A stretch of DNA of 64,000 nt from the human T2T-CHM13v2.0 reference genome, Homo sapiens, in assembly GCF_009914755.1 (NCBI RefSeq), contig NC_060943.1; one strand, 5' to 3'. Position 1 is the stretch's first letter; each line of letters opens with the position of its first letter. The position numbers and the translations under genes were made by a program. Below are positions 62,277 to 64,000 of the stretch, one piece after another. The notes below the pieces were generated by a model, which worked only from the letters and a program-made list of their open reading frames with translations, made no database searches and was not told the DNA's origin.

Positions 62277-62282
62277 TTTATT
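62277..62282 (-). terminator. SEMA6B: SEMA6B poly(A) signal AATAAA
   Basis: tttatt on the + strand, ~990 nt downstream of the stop. Confidence 0.8.
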
Positions 62283-63268
62283 GATGGGGAGGGGGCTGGG
62301 GGAGGCAAACTCCAGAGAGGGCAGAGGACCCAGCCAGCCACGTGGCATGCATGGTCAGCTGGAGGTCAGAGGGGGGAGGTCACAAGGGGACGGGTGGCAT
62401 GGGACTCTCTCACCACCCTGGGGCCGTATTTACAGAGGGGCCCCACCCACCTTCGCCGCCCCCCAGGCCCCCAAGCCCTTTAGACAGCTGCTGCCGATGT
62501 GACTTCCGGGCAGGCCCTCCTCGTGTCTCCTGCCTGAAACCCCGGCATTGTCCCCGCTTCCCTCTGCAGAGTGGGGGGGGTTCAAACTCCTAACCGGCAC
62601 CTCGGAGACCCCCGGGCCTTCTGGAAGCCCCAGCGTCGGCTCAGCCAACGCCCAGGCCGCTGGGGCCACCACGATCGTCGCTCGTGGACACACACCCTGC
62701 ACGCGTGGCCCACTTGACACACACGCCCACAGCAGCCTTCGCTGGCACGCACACACACGCCCACCTCCCCGGCCCCTTGCACACGAACACGGCACGCACA
62801 CGCACGCACACCCACACACGCCAGGGGCCTGGGTTGGGGAGGGACCTTTCCAGGGGTGGGGGAGGGCTTAGGTCTGCAGCTGTGGCCCCCCATTCCCCAC
62901 CGGCGTCCAAGCCTCCCCTGCCTGCCGCCACCCCGAGAACGGAGTTGTGCAATTGGTTAGAAAACCGCAAAAGAAACCAAAACTGCAAAAAAAACCAAAA
63001 CCTACGCGCATAAGGTCAACCTCAAATCCATAGCAAAGTCCTCCCGCCCACCCACCCCCAAACCGTCTCAGCGTCCTGCGGCCCCGGGTAGGGGGAGGGC
63101 GAGCTGGTTGTGCTTCCTTGTGGCGGAGGGGGCCCCCCACTCCGCGGGTGGGTCGCGGGGGGGACTTGAGCACCCACTCGGAGTTGCCCCGGGCCCCGGC
63201 GTTCTGGCACCGTCTCTCGCTCCTGGTTCCCGTGGCTGGCACTGCCAAGGCATCGGGGGGCCCCCGGC

Positions 63269-64000
<732 letters not shown>

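Overview
Human genomic DNA, recognisable as the GC-rich, very Alu-dense chr19p13.3 interval. It holds the last 13 coding exons of HDGFL2 (+ strand), the complete tandem paralogues PLIN4 and PLIN5 (-), LRG1 (-) and most of the last exon of SEMA6B (-). Exon boundaries were read from GT/AG sites and checked for phase continuity. The spliced products are 463 aa (PLIN5), 347 aa (LRG1), 1437/1438 aa (PLIN4) and the C-terminal 575 aa of HDGFL2. Exon numbers are my own. Most ORFs in the supplied track are Alu, simple-repeat or antisense artefacts. Main observations: (1) the in-frame 138-nt HDGFL2 cryptic exon abutting a ~1.2-kb UG-rich array, a known TDP-43-repressed system; (2) a 24-bp VNTR occupying the 3' splice-site region of PLIN5 exon 6, with an in-frame upstream acceptor that would make the repeat coding; (3) a 31-unit PLIN4 99-bp coding array, apparently two units longer than the commonly cited protein; (4) overlapping tail-to-tail 3' ends of HDGFL2 and PLIN4; (5) a candidate in-frame 24-nt microexon in an HDGFL2 intron. 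I cannot show from sequence alone that any of these is a previously undescribed system. Items 2 and 5 are the best candidates.
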